Shown: piece after piece, positions 29,569-38,783 of the stretch | How positions within the stretch are numbered: position 1 is the first letter of the stretch | How the letters are laid out: every line of letters begins with the position of its first letter | Origin: an uncultured virus (IMG/VR IMGVR_UViG_3300031612_000002) | Lineage: Duplodnaviria; Heunggongvirae; Uroviricota; Caudoviricetes | Strand: one strand, 5' to 3' | IMG/VR virus record: IMGVR_UViG_3300031612_000002 | Span: 1 to 64,000 of that record | DNA: 64,000 bases | Notes under the pieces: generated by a model | The model's input: the letters and a program-made list of their open reading frames with translations, nothing else | What the model was told of the DNA's origin: nothing | Databases searched by the model: none | Position numbers and translations under genes: made by a program

Positions 29569-30456
29569 ATGACTACTCAAACTATTCAACTAACTACTAC
29601 TACTAAACGCAAAGCGGGTCGCCCACGTAAGAGTACAGCAGCATCTATCATCGAAATAGATACTACTGAAACTGTGACTACTGAAACTGATGAACAGATT
29701 GTTGAGCGTTTGCGCGAACGGTTTGGTATCTTAGATGAAATGACACAGATGTCAGTTGATGGCGATATTCGTGGTATGGTAGTGACAGGTCCTCCAGGAG
29801 TGGGCAAGTCATTCGGTGTTGAGAATATTATTGAAAAGAATTCATTGTTTGATAAGTTGCGCGGTGCGGTATCACGATTTGGTATTGAGAAGGGCGCAGC
29901 TTCTGCAATTGGTCTATATAAGTTATTATATCGTTATGCAGACTCTAACAATGTACTTGTATTAGATGATTGTGATTCGGTGCTGTATGATGAATTATCA
30001 TTAAACCTATTAAAAGCAGCGTTAGATAGTTCAAAGAAGCGTAGGATTTCTTGGAACACTGAAAGTTCAGCATTACGTCGTGAAGGAATTCCAGAGTCAT
30101 TTGAATTTAAAGGATCTGTAATTTTCATCACTAACTTAAAATTTGATAAAGTTCGCGGGAAGATCAAAGATCACTTAGATGCAATTATGTCTCGTTGTCA
30201 CTACCTTGATTTGACTATGAATAGCACTCGTGAGCGTCTACTACGCTGTCGTCAGGTCGTCAAGGATGGCATGCTAGAAGAGTATGGATTCACAACAGCA
30301 GAGCAAAACGAAATCGTTGATTTTGTAGATGCCAATCAATTACGTATGCGCGAGATTAGTTTGCGTATGGTTGGTAAAATTGCAGACTTGCGTAAAACAA
30401 AGAGTGATAAATGGCAGCGTATGGCAGAAATCACTTGTATGAAATCAGAGGTATAA
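29569..30456 (+). CDS. AAA+ family ATPase with N-terminal AT-hook-like motif
   Basis: GPPGVGKS Walker A, VLVLDDCD Walker B, IFITN sensor and SRC arginine finger; N-terminal KRKAGRPRK. Confidence 0.85.
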   Translation: MTTQTIQLTTTTKRKAGRPRKSTAASIIEIDTTETVTTETDEQIVERLRERFGILDEMTQMSVDGDIRGMVVTGPPGVGKSFGVENIIEKNSLFDKLRGAVSRFGIEKGAASAIGLYKLLYRYADSNNVLVLDDCDSVLYDELSLNLLKAALDSSKKRRISWNTESSALRREGIPESFEFKGSVIFITNLKFDKVRGKIKDHLDAIMSRCHYLDLTMNSTRERLLRCRQVVKDGMLEEYGFTTAEQNEIVDFVDANQLRMREISLRMVGKIADLRKTKSDKWQRMAEITCMKSEV

Positions 30457-30507
30457 TATATTATTGACTGTTGTATATAACGCAGTTATGTTATACGATT
30501 TAATCGA

Positions 30508-30536
30508 TTGACATAACTGTAGTTTAATGCTATAAT
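30508..30536 (+). promoter_or_regulatory. sigma70-type promoter for uvsW
   Basis: TTGACA-N17-TATAAT. Confidence 0.85.
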
Positions 30537-30561
30537 AAGTAAATCACATTGGAGAACAACA

Positions 30562-32019
30562 ATTAAAACTGCAACAATCATATTGAAAGACGAAGTCAAT
30601 GCAAAGATAGAGGGTCTTGAACTTACTACTAGGAAAAAACTAGAAGCAAAGTTTAAGTTTTTCTTACCATATGCACGACACGTTCCTTCCTATAAATTAG
30701 GAAGATGGGATGGATGTGAGCGATATTTCACTATCGGTGGTATTACATTTGTCAGTCTATTAGAAACAGCGATTCCTATTATCATTGAAGATGGTTATCA
30801 GATTGAACTTGATGATCTTCGAACTCATAACAAACTTGAGTTTGATTTGGTAGATGAATCTACATTTCAACATAAAGCATGGCCCGCAAAGCATCGATTT
30901 GAAGGTAAGCCCGTAACATTGCGCGATTATCAAATCGATATCGTAAACAAGTTTATAGAAACACCCCAATGTATACAAGAGATTGCAACAGGCGCTGGTA
31001 AGACATTGATCACAGCAGCATTGAGTTACAAAGCAGAAAAGTACGGTCGCTCTATTGTTATTGTACCAAACAAAGATTTGGTGAATCAGACATATGCAGA
31101 TTATGTTAACTTAGGATTAGATGTTGGCGTATATTTTGGTGATAAGAAAGATTTCGGTCGTACTCATACTATTTGTACATGGCAGAGTCTTAACGTTATT
31201 CGTAAACGATTCAAGAATGGCGAACAAGATTGGGGACTACAAGATTTTGCAGAAGATGTAGTTTGTATCATAGTTGACGAAGTTCACCAAGCGAAAGCAG
31301 ATGTTCTAAAAGATATGCTCACTAAAGAATTTGCAAATGTGCCTCTACGATGGGGACTAACTGGTACAATACCAAAAGCAGAACATGAACAGATGACATT
31401 GCAGGTTAGTTTGGGCAATGTGGTAAATCGTCTAGCAGCATCCGAATTGCAAGACATGGGCGTACTGAGTAATTGTCATGTAAATATTGTACAAATGAAA
31501 GAAATTACAGACTATACTAATTATCAAAGTGAATTGACGTTCTTAACAACGAATTCACATAGAATCGGTTACATGGGTGATTTGATAAAGAAGATTTCGC
31601 AATCGGGTAATACTCTAGTATTGGTTGATCGTATCAAAGCAGGTGAAATGTTAGTAGAGCATATTGGTGGTGACACTACTTTCGTAAAAGGTGCAATGAA
31701 ATCATCTGATCGTAAAGACGCATATGATGAAATTAATGAAGCGACTAATAGTATTACTATTGCGACATATGGTGTTGCAGCAGTAGGACTTAACATACCG
31801 CGTATATTTAACATGGTGTTAATTGAGCCTGGGAAGAGTTTCGTACGAGTAATACAATCAATTGGTCGTGGTGTGCGTAAGGCAGATGACAAGGATCATG
31901 TTGAGATATATGATTTCACTAGTACAGCAAAATTCAGTAAGCGACATTTAACTGAACGTAAAAAGTTCTATCGTGAGGCAAACTATCCATTCTCAATAGA
32001 GAAAGTAGATTACAAGTAA
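30562..32019 (+). CDS. uvsW: SF2 DNA helicase UvsW-like
   Basis: LRDYQ, ATGAGKT, DEVH, GLTGT and QSIGRGVR. Start proposed at ATT 30562 (track: TTG 30583). Confidence 0.9.
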   Translation: MKTATIILKDEVNAKIEGLELTTRKKLEAKFKFFLPYARHVPSYKLGRWDGCERYFTIGGITFVSLLETAIPIIIEDGYQIELDDLRTHNKLEFDLVDESTFQHKAWPAKHRFEGKPVTLRDYQIDIVNKFIETPQCIQEIATGAGKTLITAALSYKAEKYGRSIVIVPNKDLVNQTYADYVNLGLDVGVYFGDKKDFGRTHTICTWQSLNVIRKRFKNGEQDWGLQDFAEDVVCIIVDEVHQAKADVLKDMLTKEFANVPLRWGLTGTIPKAEHEQMTLQVSLGNVVNRLAASELQDMGVLSNCHVNIVQMKEITDYTNYQSELTFLTTNSHRIGYMGDLIKKISQSGNTLVLVDRIKAGEMLVEHIGGDTTFVKGAMKSSDRKDAYDEINEATNSITIATYGVAAVGLNIPRIFNMVLIEPGKSFVRVIQSIGRGVRKADDKDHVEIYDFTSTAKFSKRHLTERKKFYREANYPFSIEKVDYK

Positions 32020-32044
32020 AACAGAGTAAAACAGAGAACAAAAT

Positions 32045-32545
32045 ATGAAAATTTTAACAGTAGAGAACAAAACATATGAATTGGATGATGTACCAGAATT
32101 GGTAGATGATCTACGATATGGCGTATTAGATTACAGCGACCCAAAGAACGTGGATTACTTTTTTATTCCATTGATCTTTTTGGAAAGTTTTTATAGTCCA
32201 GCGGCAGTGCTACAAGTGGGTGAATATACAATCAATGTTCCATTAGATTGGAGTATTGTTATTTGTGATCCGGAAGTGGGCAATCCAGAAGTGATTAGTT
32301 TAATGGGATTAAACGACAGAGGTTTCACTACGCTCGCAATGAATCCAATGACTGGTTACAGTCCAAAGTATCTTGATGTTAACATTGTCAATGTATTCAC
32401 AGATGTAAAATGGCACGCACCGAAACTAAAATTTGGTCATATCCTGTCAGTGCCGTTGACTGATGGAGACAATCCAGAGTGTATCTATCTGATTAAAGAA
32501 GTAAACAAGATCCCAGAAGTGTTGGACATTAGTGAATTGATCTAG
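32045..32545 (+). CDS. Hypothetical protein
   Basis: Intact 166-aa ORF in the replication block. Confidence 0.8.
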   Translation: MKILTVENKTYELDDVPELVDDLRYGVLDYSDPKNVDYFFIPLIFLESFYSPAAVLQVGEYTINVPLDWSIVICDPEVGNPEVISLMGLNDRGFTTLAMNPMTGYSPKYLDVNIVNVFTDVKWHAPKLKFGHILSVPLTDGDNPECIYLIKEVNKIPEVLDISELI

Positions 32546-32553
32546 GAGTAGGT

Positions 32554-33228
32554 ATGAACAAAGAATTTTTAAAACATCGTACATGGAAGATGCAGACTAA
32601 ATTATGTTATGGTTTTGATTCAGTTGCTTTTATTTCTACAACTAAATCATCTGATCGTAGCACTGCGGCATCAGTGTATGGTAGATGTCAAGCATTGAAA
32701 TCTGTACTTAATAAAACTATGAAAAACGTCAAAGTAGTTAACCAGCACAGTTATCATGAAGGTAGTAGTTTGCGTGTATATTTCAATGTATCTGATAAAG
32801 AATCATGTGATGCATTATTAAACATCACTTCTAAGAATACGCATAACTTTGAATTGCTTGAAGTAAAGACTCCTAAAAATCAAGCTCATTTAGATATGAT
32901 TAAAAATAAAGAAATTACACAGGTAATTAGAAAAAAAATTTACTATAACAAGTATGTATATAGTGTGAAGATTATTTTGGATGATGCAGTTTCACGTATT
33001 ACCGAAAGAATGGATCTGGTTTGGGATATGCAATCATGGATTGATAATGCAATACCAGATAATTCATCAAGTGTGTGGTGGGATGAAATTCAATTATTCA
33101 CTAATGATGTAACTGCGTTGATGATGTTTAGGTTGACATTTGATGTTAAGTCGTGTACTATTAAAGAAGCAATTCTTCTTGAAAACGAAGACAGCGATCC
33201 AGAACATGAAATGGGAATTTTGATTTGA
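32554..33228 (+). CDS. Hypothetical protein
   Basis: AGGAG RBS, 224 aa. Confidence 0.75.
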   Translation: MNKEFLKHRTWKMQTKLCYGFDSVAFISTTKSSDRSTAASVYGRCQALKSVLNKTMKNVKVVNQHSYHEGSSLRVYFNVSDKESCDALLNITSKNTHNFELLEVKTPKNQAHLDMIKNKEITQVIRKKIYYNKYVYSVKIILDDAVSRITERMDLVWDMQSWIDNAIPDNSSSVWWDEIQLFTNDVTALMMFRLTFDVKSCTIKEAILLENEDSDPEHEMGILI

Positions 33229-33683
33229 GTAAGTTAAATATTAAAAGTGAAATGCGTGCAATAGACACACGTGATCGTAATTGGTACGATAGTCTAACTG
33301 ATGAAGAGACTGTAAAATACAATAAGAATATGTGGACACAGCAACGTTTCATAAGTTCATGCGAGGGACAATTCGCAGAGCATTATTTAGAATGGACAAA
33401 TGAATTAGTCAATGTTCACTTTAATACTCTGCGACATCATCCTAAGTTGCAGTTTCAGTTATTGCAAGCACTGTCATTAGGGTCTAGTCAATATCACGAG
33501 TGGATTTCTCCGGGCAAGAAAGGAACGGATACAAAGATATTTAAATTTATTAAAGAACACTATCTTAACTTAAACGACGATGAAGTAGAATTGTTTATCG
33601 GAATGCATGATAAGACTGATCTAAGAGAACTGTTAGGTGATTTTGGATTAAGTAAAAAAGAAGCAACGGCTCTTCTAAAATAA
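33225..33683 (+). CDS. Putative clamp loader small subunit (T4 gp62-like)
   Basis: RFISS, TNELVN, HPKLQFQLL and EWI pattern plus C-terminal helices are reminiscent of gp62. Inference. Confidence 0.5.
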   Translation: MSKLNIKSEMRAIDTRDRNWYDSLTDEETVKYNKNMWTQQRFISSCEGQFAEHYLEWTNELVNVHFNTLRHHPKLQFQLLQALSLGSSQYHEWISPGKKGTDTKIFKFIKEHYLNLNDDEVELFIGMHDKTDLRELLGDFGLSKKEATALLK

Positions 33684-33752
33684 AGACTATGCAAGTCATT
33701 TGATATAGTGTATAATAGTACACCGACAGAAGAAAATAAAAGTATATAGATT

Positions 33753-34445
33753 ATGCAACAAATATTGTACAAGTGCGAATACTGTAATAAAGACTTTAAG
33801 CGTGAGAATACGCTTATTGTGCATTTATGTGTGCAAAAGAAGCGACATATGCAAGAGACTGATAAAGATGTTCAATTGGGATATCGTGCATATCAGTTAT
33901 TTTACCGTATTGGAACAAATTCAAAGAAAGATAAATCTTACACTGAATTTGCAAAAAGTTCATATTATGCTGCGTTCATAAAGTTTGGTAAATATTGTAT
34001 TGAAGTTAAGATAGACGATGTTACTGGATTCACCACATGGTTATTAAAAAATCAAGTAAAATTAGATCATTGGACACATGATGCAAGATTTAGTGGTTGG
34101 GTAAAAGAGCGATTGAAAGTAGAAAGTGTTGATCGTGCAGTTGAGCGCACGATATTATCAATGCAAGACTGGGCAGAAGATAGAGAAAATGATTGGAATA
34201 CATATTTCAAAACGGTAGCACCTAGTCTAGCGGTATTTCATATATGTTCTGGTAGAATTAGTCCATGGGTTATATATGCTAGTAATGATGCACAGAGTTT
34301 GTTGGATATGTTGAATAACAAGCAGATTGAAATGATCGTAGATTATATTGATCCGCAATATTGGCAGATACGATTAAAGCGTAAGAACGAAGTTAAAGAT
34401 TTACAATGGGTGGAAACTATTTTGAAACAAGCGAGTATAGGATAA
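33753..34445 (+). CDS. C2H2-type zinc finger protein
   Basis: YKCEYCNKDFKRENTLIVHLC at the N-terminus. Confidence 0.7.
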   Translation: MQQILYKCEYCNKDFKRENTLIVHLCVQKKRHMQETDKDVQLGYRAYQLFYRIGTNSKKDKSYTEFAKSSYYAAFIKFGKYCIEVKIDDVTGFTTWLLKNQVKLDHWTHDARFSGWVKERLKVESVDRAVERTILSMQDWAEDRENDWNTYFKTVAPSLAVFHICSGRISPWVIYASNDAQSLLDMLNNKQIEMIVDYIDPQYWQIRLKRKNEVKDLQWVETILKQASIG

Positions 34446-35074
34446 TGAAAATCAATTTATGTGGGGTGGATATCCCTTTACCAGATGGAAAATATGCAAT
34501 CAATGTCAGTGGTGGAGCAGATAGTGCATTATTGCTTTATATATTAATGACGTATACGCAACATGATGTTATTGTAACAACTATGGCGGATGATGAACTC
34601 GCTTTGATCAATTCAATTTCAGCATCGCGAGTTGTTAATAAAGTAATAAAATTAACTGGTAACTTTAATGTAGAGCATAGTATAACATATGTACAGCAAT
34701 ATAGACATCTCGATCAATCACTTATTGACGATGAAACTATTAAAGTATATTATACTGGTGTCACTAGCAATCCGCCAGATGATATATCTATTGGATTTGG
34801 TGATGAAGATGTTGGTTCAGGCGAGACTCTTGGACTAGGTCTGCCTGATAGATCTCCTAATGTAGTGCGAGATATATGGGCGGCTGAAGGCGCTATATGT
34901 TTACCATTCTTCAATGTTGATAAGACGAAAATTGCTGAAATATATGATTATTTAGGAATAACTGAAACACTATTTCCAATGACAGTTAGTTGCACAGTTA
35001 ATACAGATGATACACACTGTGGTGAGTGTTGGTGGTGTGAAGAGCGTAAATGGGCATTTGGTAGATTGGTATGA
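34445..35074 (+). CDS. QueC-like PP-loop ATPase (divergent)
   Basis: SGGADS PP-loop; PFFNVDK; TVSC..HCGECWWCEER Zn motif. ATG 34445 overlaps the previous stop. Confidence 0.8.
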   Translation: MKINLCGVDIPLPDGKYAINVSGGADSALLLYILMTYTQHDVIVTTMADDELALINSISASRVVNKVIKLTGNFNVEHSITYVQQYRHLDQSLIDDETIKVYYTGVTSNPPDDISIGFGDEDVGSGETLGLGLPDRSPNVVRDIWAAEGAICLPFFNVDKTKIAEIYDYLGITETLFPMTVSCTVNTDDTHCGECWWCEERKWAFGRLV

Positions 35075-35649
35075 TAGTTAATACAGATATTGATATAGAT
35101 ATTGCAAACAGAGATAAATTGCTTGCTTTAATCAAAAACACACCTGCAATGATCAAGCGAGACACCACTGAAAAAAAGCACAACACAGGTGTATATTTTC
35201 ACGAGATGCCGACTAATCCATATAATGGCATGGCAACCATAGATCATAAAGAAGCCGAGAAGATGGGTTACTTTAAAATGGATTTGTTGAATGTGTCAGT
35301 TTATAATGATATTAATAATAAAGCAGAACTGGATGAATTACTTGAGATGGAACCTATGTGGGATCTATTGGAACATAGAGAGATTGTAGAGCAGTGTTTC
35401 CATATCCATTCGCATTATGGAATTGTTCAGCAGATGAAGCCCAAAAGTGTTGAACAATTGGCAGCAGTGTTAGCAATGATACGACCAGCAAAGAGTTATC
35501 TAATAGGAAAAGATTGGGATACTGTGATGAATGATATTTGGGTAAAGCCAGAAGACGGTGGTTATTTCTTTAAAAAGTCGCATTCGTATAGTTACGCGAT
35601 GGTAATTGTAATGCAATTGAATAAGATTGTTAAAGAGTCTTTTTCATAA
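35071..35649 (+). CDS. Minimal DNA polymerase III alpha (DnaE)-like catalytic core
   Basis: TDIDID, KHNTGVY, GYFKMDLL, KPKSVEQLAAVLAMIRP and YFFKKSHSYSY in DnaE motif order, in only 192 aa. Confidence 0.85.
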   Translation: MIVNTDIDIDIANRDKLLALIKNTPAMIKRDTTEKKHNTGVYFHEMPTNPYNGMATIDHKEAEKMGYFKMDLLNVSVYNDINNKAELDELLEMEPMWDLLEHREIVEQCFHIHSHYGIVQQMKPKSVEQLAAVLAMIRPAKSYLIGKDWDTVMNDIWVKPEDGGYFFKKSHSYSYAMVIVMQLNKIVKESFS

Positions 35650-36001
35650 GATTAATACTTCGACGTTTTATTCGTTTTGTAATAGAATTGCTGAGTCTAA
35701 CTTCTGGTCCAGCAATTATGGTCATCTGTTTTACATTAAAACTTTGTACACAATGTTGAAAATGCCACCTATTTATCAATGCAATATTGATTGGTAACTG
35801 TCTATTAGTTTCCCACCACCATTCCTCTCCTAACATGAGAAATAAATGTTTTTCATCTACATTGTCCAGTCGTTCAAACATGTACATACTTGCGATTTGA
35901 GTGTCTATGTTTTGCATGACACCGACGTATTCGTTTCCAGCGTAAGATAGCACTGTTAGGAATGGATATTGGTCGAGTAATTCTTCATATTGTTTTTGCA
36001 T
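35630..36001 (-). CDS. Hypothetical protein
   Basis: 123-aa minus-strand ORF with its own late-type TATAAATA motif at 36008-36015. Confidence 0.75.
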   Translation of the reverse strand: MQKQYEELLDQYPFLTVLSYAGNEYVGVMQNIDTQIASMYMFERLDNVDEKHLFLMLGEEWWWETNRQLPINIALINRWHFQHCVQSFNVKQMTIIAGPEVRLSNSITKRIKRRSINLMKKTL

Positions 36002-36007
36002 TACTAT

Positions 36008-36046
36008 TATTTATACTAAAATATTTTGATCATTTCTGCATAAATA
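36008..36046. promoter_or_regulatory. Back-to-back T4-late-like promoters
   Basis: TATAAATA on - (36008-36015) and cATAAATA on + (36039-36046). Confidence 0.65.
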
Positions 36047-36071
36047 TAAGTATAATCAGGGACTTATAAAA

Positions 36072-36893
36072 ATGAGCAATTACAGCACAAGTTACAATAT
36101 AAACCAAACTGGCGATCTATACATCTTACAGGATCACGGCACATCAACAGGCGCATCACAGTACAATAGTACACGTGGCACAACGGTCAATGCACCCGTT
36201 AATTTCAATCGTCTTAAATTATTTAAGGGACTTGATAACGAGTTGCATTTCTTTATAAAGAATCAAGATCGTAAGCCTATTAAATTATTTAATATGGAAA
36301 TTAATGCATCATTGGTGTACAGAGAGACTAACAGTACTATATTAAGTACAAAATGTTCTATCACCGATTACGAATTAGGAAGCGTGAAATTAGTAGTTCG
36401 TGCATCCCATTTGTCGAATATAGACATGGGGCTATGTGATTTAGTATTAACATATACTAATGATCTGGGTCTTGTATTGCCTATGTTCGTAGATCAGAAT
36501 ATGCGTCCAAATTTCACAGTAGAGATATCAGATGAAGCACATGCAATACCGTTGACTTCGCAGTCTGTGACAGCATTCGCATCAGATGGTGCATTTGATT
36601 ATAGTTCAATTATTGCGGGACCGTCGTATTACAACAAGCCAAATGGATTGATTACATTTGGTGTATATTGTACTGACTACACGGGTGATTTTTATATGCA
36701 GGGAACAACTGCACAATCGCCAGGACCGGGAGATTGGTTTGATTTAGATTTGACACCATTCTACGATTACCATGAGTTTAATAATTTTACTGGTATTGAG
36801 CCATTTTCGATCGTATCTAATTTATCATATCTACGAGCAAAAATTGATAATACATTATCTGGAACTGTAGATAGAATCGTAATAAGAGTATAA
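36072..36893 (+). CDS. Hypothetical beta-rich protein, probable virion structural protein
   Basis: Late promoter; Ig-like beta-strand pattern (LFKGLDNELHFFIKNQDRKP). Confidence 0.6.
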   Translation: MSNYSTSYNINQTGDLYILQDHGTSTGASQYNSTRGTTVNAPVNFNRLKLFKGLDNELHFFIKNQDRKPIKLFNMEINASLVYRETNSTILSTKCSITDYELGSVKLVVRASHLSNIDMGLCDLVLTYTNDLGLVLPMFVDQNMRPNFTVEISDEAHAIPLTSQSVTAFASDGAFDYSSIIAGPSYYNKPNGLITFGVYCTDYTGDFYMQGTTAQSPGPGDWFDLDLTPFYDYHEFNNFTGIEPFSIVSNLSYLRAKIDNTLSGTVDRIVIRV

Positions 36894-36900
36894 AAATCTA

Positions 36901-36929
36901 TTGACAAGATCGTATTAATCGTGTAGAAT
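36901..36929 (+). promoter_or_regulatory. sigma70-type promoter immediately before the primase ATG
   Basis: TTGACA-N17-TAGAAT; ATG at 36936. Confidence 0.75.
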
Positions 36930-36935
36930 GTATAC

Positions 36936-37943
36936 ATGAGATTAATAATAGATTTTACAAGAACGTTAGTGCCTTCCAATTGGAAGTCTTCGCCGGGCGG
37001 TTGGGTTTCTGGTAATTGTCCTGTGTGTGTTCTTAACGGACATTCGCATGACACCAAAGGTCGCGGTGGTTTTCTTATCACTGATGAAAAATTCCAATAC
37101 AATTGTTTCAATTGTAATTACGCTACTGGCTGGTCTGTCGACAAGCGCATAGATGATCGATTAAGGAAGTTATATAAAGCATTCGGTGCCGATGATAGTG
37201 ACATTCAACGATTGCAACTACAGTTGCTTGAAGATCGTGATATTGATGCTATTCTTATCAAGCAACGAGATAAAGATGCTCCTATAAATATCACATGGAA
37301 AGCGCAAGAATTACCAGAAGGTGCAAAGCCTATATCTGAGTATACTGAAGTAACCCCCGAACTTGAAAGAGTATTAGAATACATGGTATCAAGAGGATTA
37401 GATCCTACTGATCCGCGTTTCTATTATTCACCATCTATGTCACCAGCCCGAATGAAGAATAGATTTATTCATGTATTCACTTATCAAGGTGTGATAGTAG
37501 GATATACTGCTAGATGGGTAGGTACTCCTTCAAAAGAAATTCCAAAATACTTTACTAAGCAACCTAAAGTCGACTTCGTATATGGATTAGATAGACAAAC
37601 TAATAAAAAGATTGTTATCGTGACAGAGGGACAACTGGATGCATACTTTACAGATGGAATAGCAGTTGGTTCGAATAACATAAACATGCAACAAGGTAAC
37701 ATAATCGATAATTTGAATAAGAAAATTATATTGTTGCCTGATGCAGATGCTGCAAGTAAATCATTGGTATCTACCGCAATTGAACGAGGCTGGTATGTGG
37801 CATTCCCAGAATGGGATGACTGTAAAGATGCAGCAGACGCAGCATTGAAGTATGGTGAATTATTCACTATACAAACTATATTAGATAGTGCGATACACGG
37901 CAATTTAAAAATACAAGTAATGATGAAAAATTACTGCAAATAA
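36936..37943 (+). CDS. DNA primase (DnaG/gp61-like)
   Basis: CPVC..CFNC Zn domain; TOPRIM motifs VTEGQLDA, PDAD and KDAAD. Confidence 0.9.
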   Translation: MRLIIDFTRTLVPSNWKSSPGGWVSGNCPVCVLNGHSHDTKGRGGFLITDEKFQYNCFNCNYATGWSVDKRIDDRLRKLYKAFGADDSDIQRLQLQLLEDRDIDAILIKQRDKDAPINITWKAQELPEGAKPISEYTEVTPELERVLEYMVSRGLDPTDPRFYYSPSMSPARMKNRFIHVFTYQGVIVGYTARWVGTPSKEIPKYFTKQPKVDFVYGLDRQTNKKIVIVTEGQLDAYFTDGIAVGSNNINMQQGNIIDNLNKKIILLPDADAASKSLVSTAIERGWYVAFPEWDDCKDAADAALKYGELFTIQTILDSAIHGNLKIQVMMKNYCK

Positions 37944-37955
37944 ACGGAATATAAT

Positions 37956-38708
37956 ATGTTAGATGTAATCAAATATAAACAAACAGCAGTCGATGAATCA
38001 CTAAGATGTGAGTTACGGGGCTTCACGATTTTTGTGTCAGACGTACTAGAAGCAGCACAGCAACAGCAGCCTATAAAGAGTTTATGTGAAATAGGAGTAT
38101 CGCAGGGATCTAAGCATCGTATGTGGTGTGAAGTTACAACAGATGATTGCGACATTGTGGGAGTTGACGTATATGATCCAGACAGGGCTGAGCATTATGC
38201 ACTACGACACGAAATAATTCATATTGATAATTTAATACGTGCTAGAGAAGTACTCGAAGATTATCCAAAATTGTCGTATGTTTTAGGCGAAGACGGATAT
38301 CTTGTAGAAACAGTAGATAGAGCATTATCAGCAATATCATCTGACAAATTTGATATTGTACTGGATGACGGTGCAACATGCTGGCCAGATATGCGTAACT
38401 CTCTGCCATCGTGGAGTCGTGCAATAACTGCTACAGGATGTTATATTACAGAAACTCCAACAGGTAATGGTGACACACAGAAAGAAGTTGATCTAGAACA
38501 GAACAAAATTTGGTTTGAAGAATTAGTCGTTCATGGAATGGTAATATTTGATTTATCTGAATTTAATCAGGATGGAGATGAGCATGATAATTATGGAAAT
38601 TTTGTGGGCATCTGGGCACCCAATATTGATTTGTATGTAACAGTTGTTAAAAAATACGAAGAGTACATTGTGGCAGGCAAGCAACACATAGATCATCTGT
38701 TACAGTAG
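37956..38708 (+). CDS. Class I SAM-dependent methyltransferase-like protein
   Basis: LCEIGVSQGS motif I, IVGVD, FDIVLDDG and GCYITE. Confidence 0.75.
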   Translation: MLDVIKYKQTAVDESLRCELRGFTIFVSDVLEAAQQQQPIKSLCEIGVSQGSKHRMWCEVTTDDCDIVGVDVYDPDRAEHYALRHEIIHIDNLIRAREVLEDYPKLSYVLGEDGYLVETVDRALSAISSDKFDIVLDDGATCWPDMRNSLPSWSRAITATGCYITETPTGNGDTQKEVDLEQNKIWFEELVVHGMVIFDLSEFNQDGDEHDNYGNFVGIWAPNIDLYVTVVKKYEEYIVAGKQHIDHLLQ

Positions 38709-38783
38709 AATCACTGCAAATAGGTAGTGACAACATAGTATAACTATGTTATAATACATCATGTTAATCAAGTAGGAAACCAA

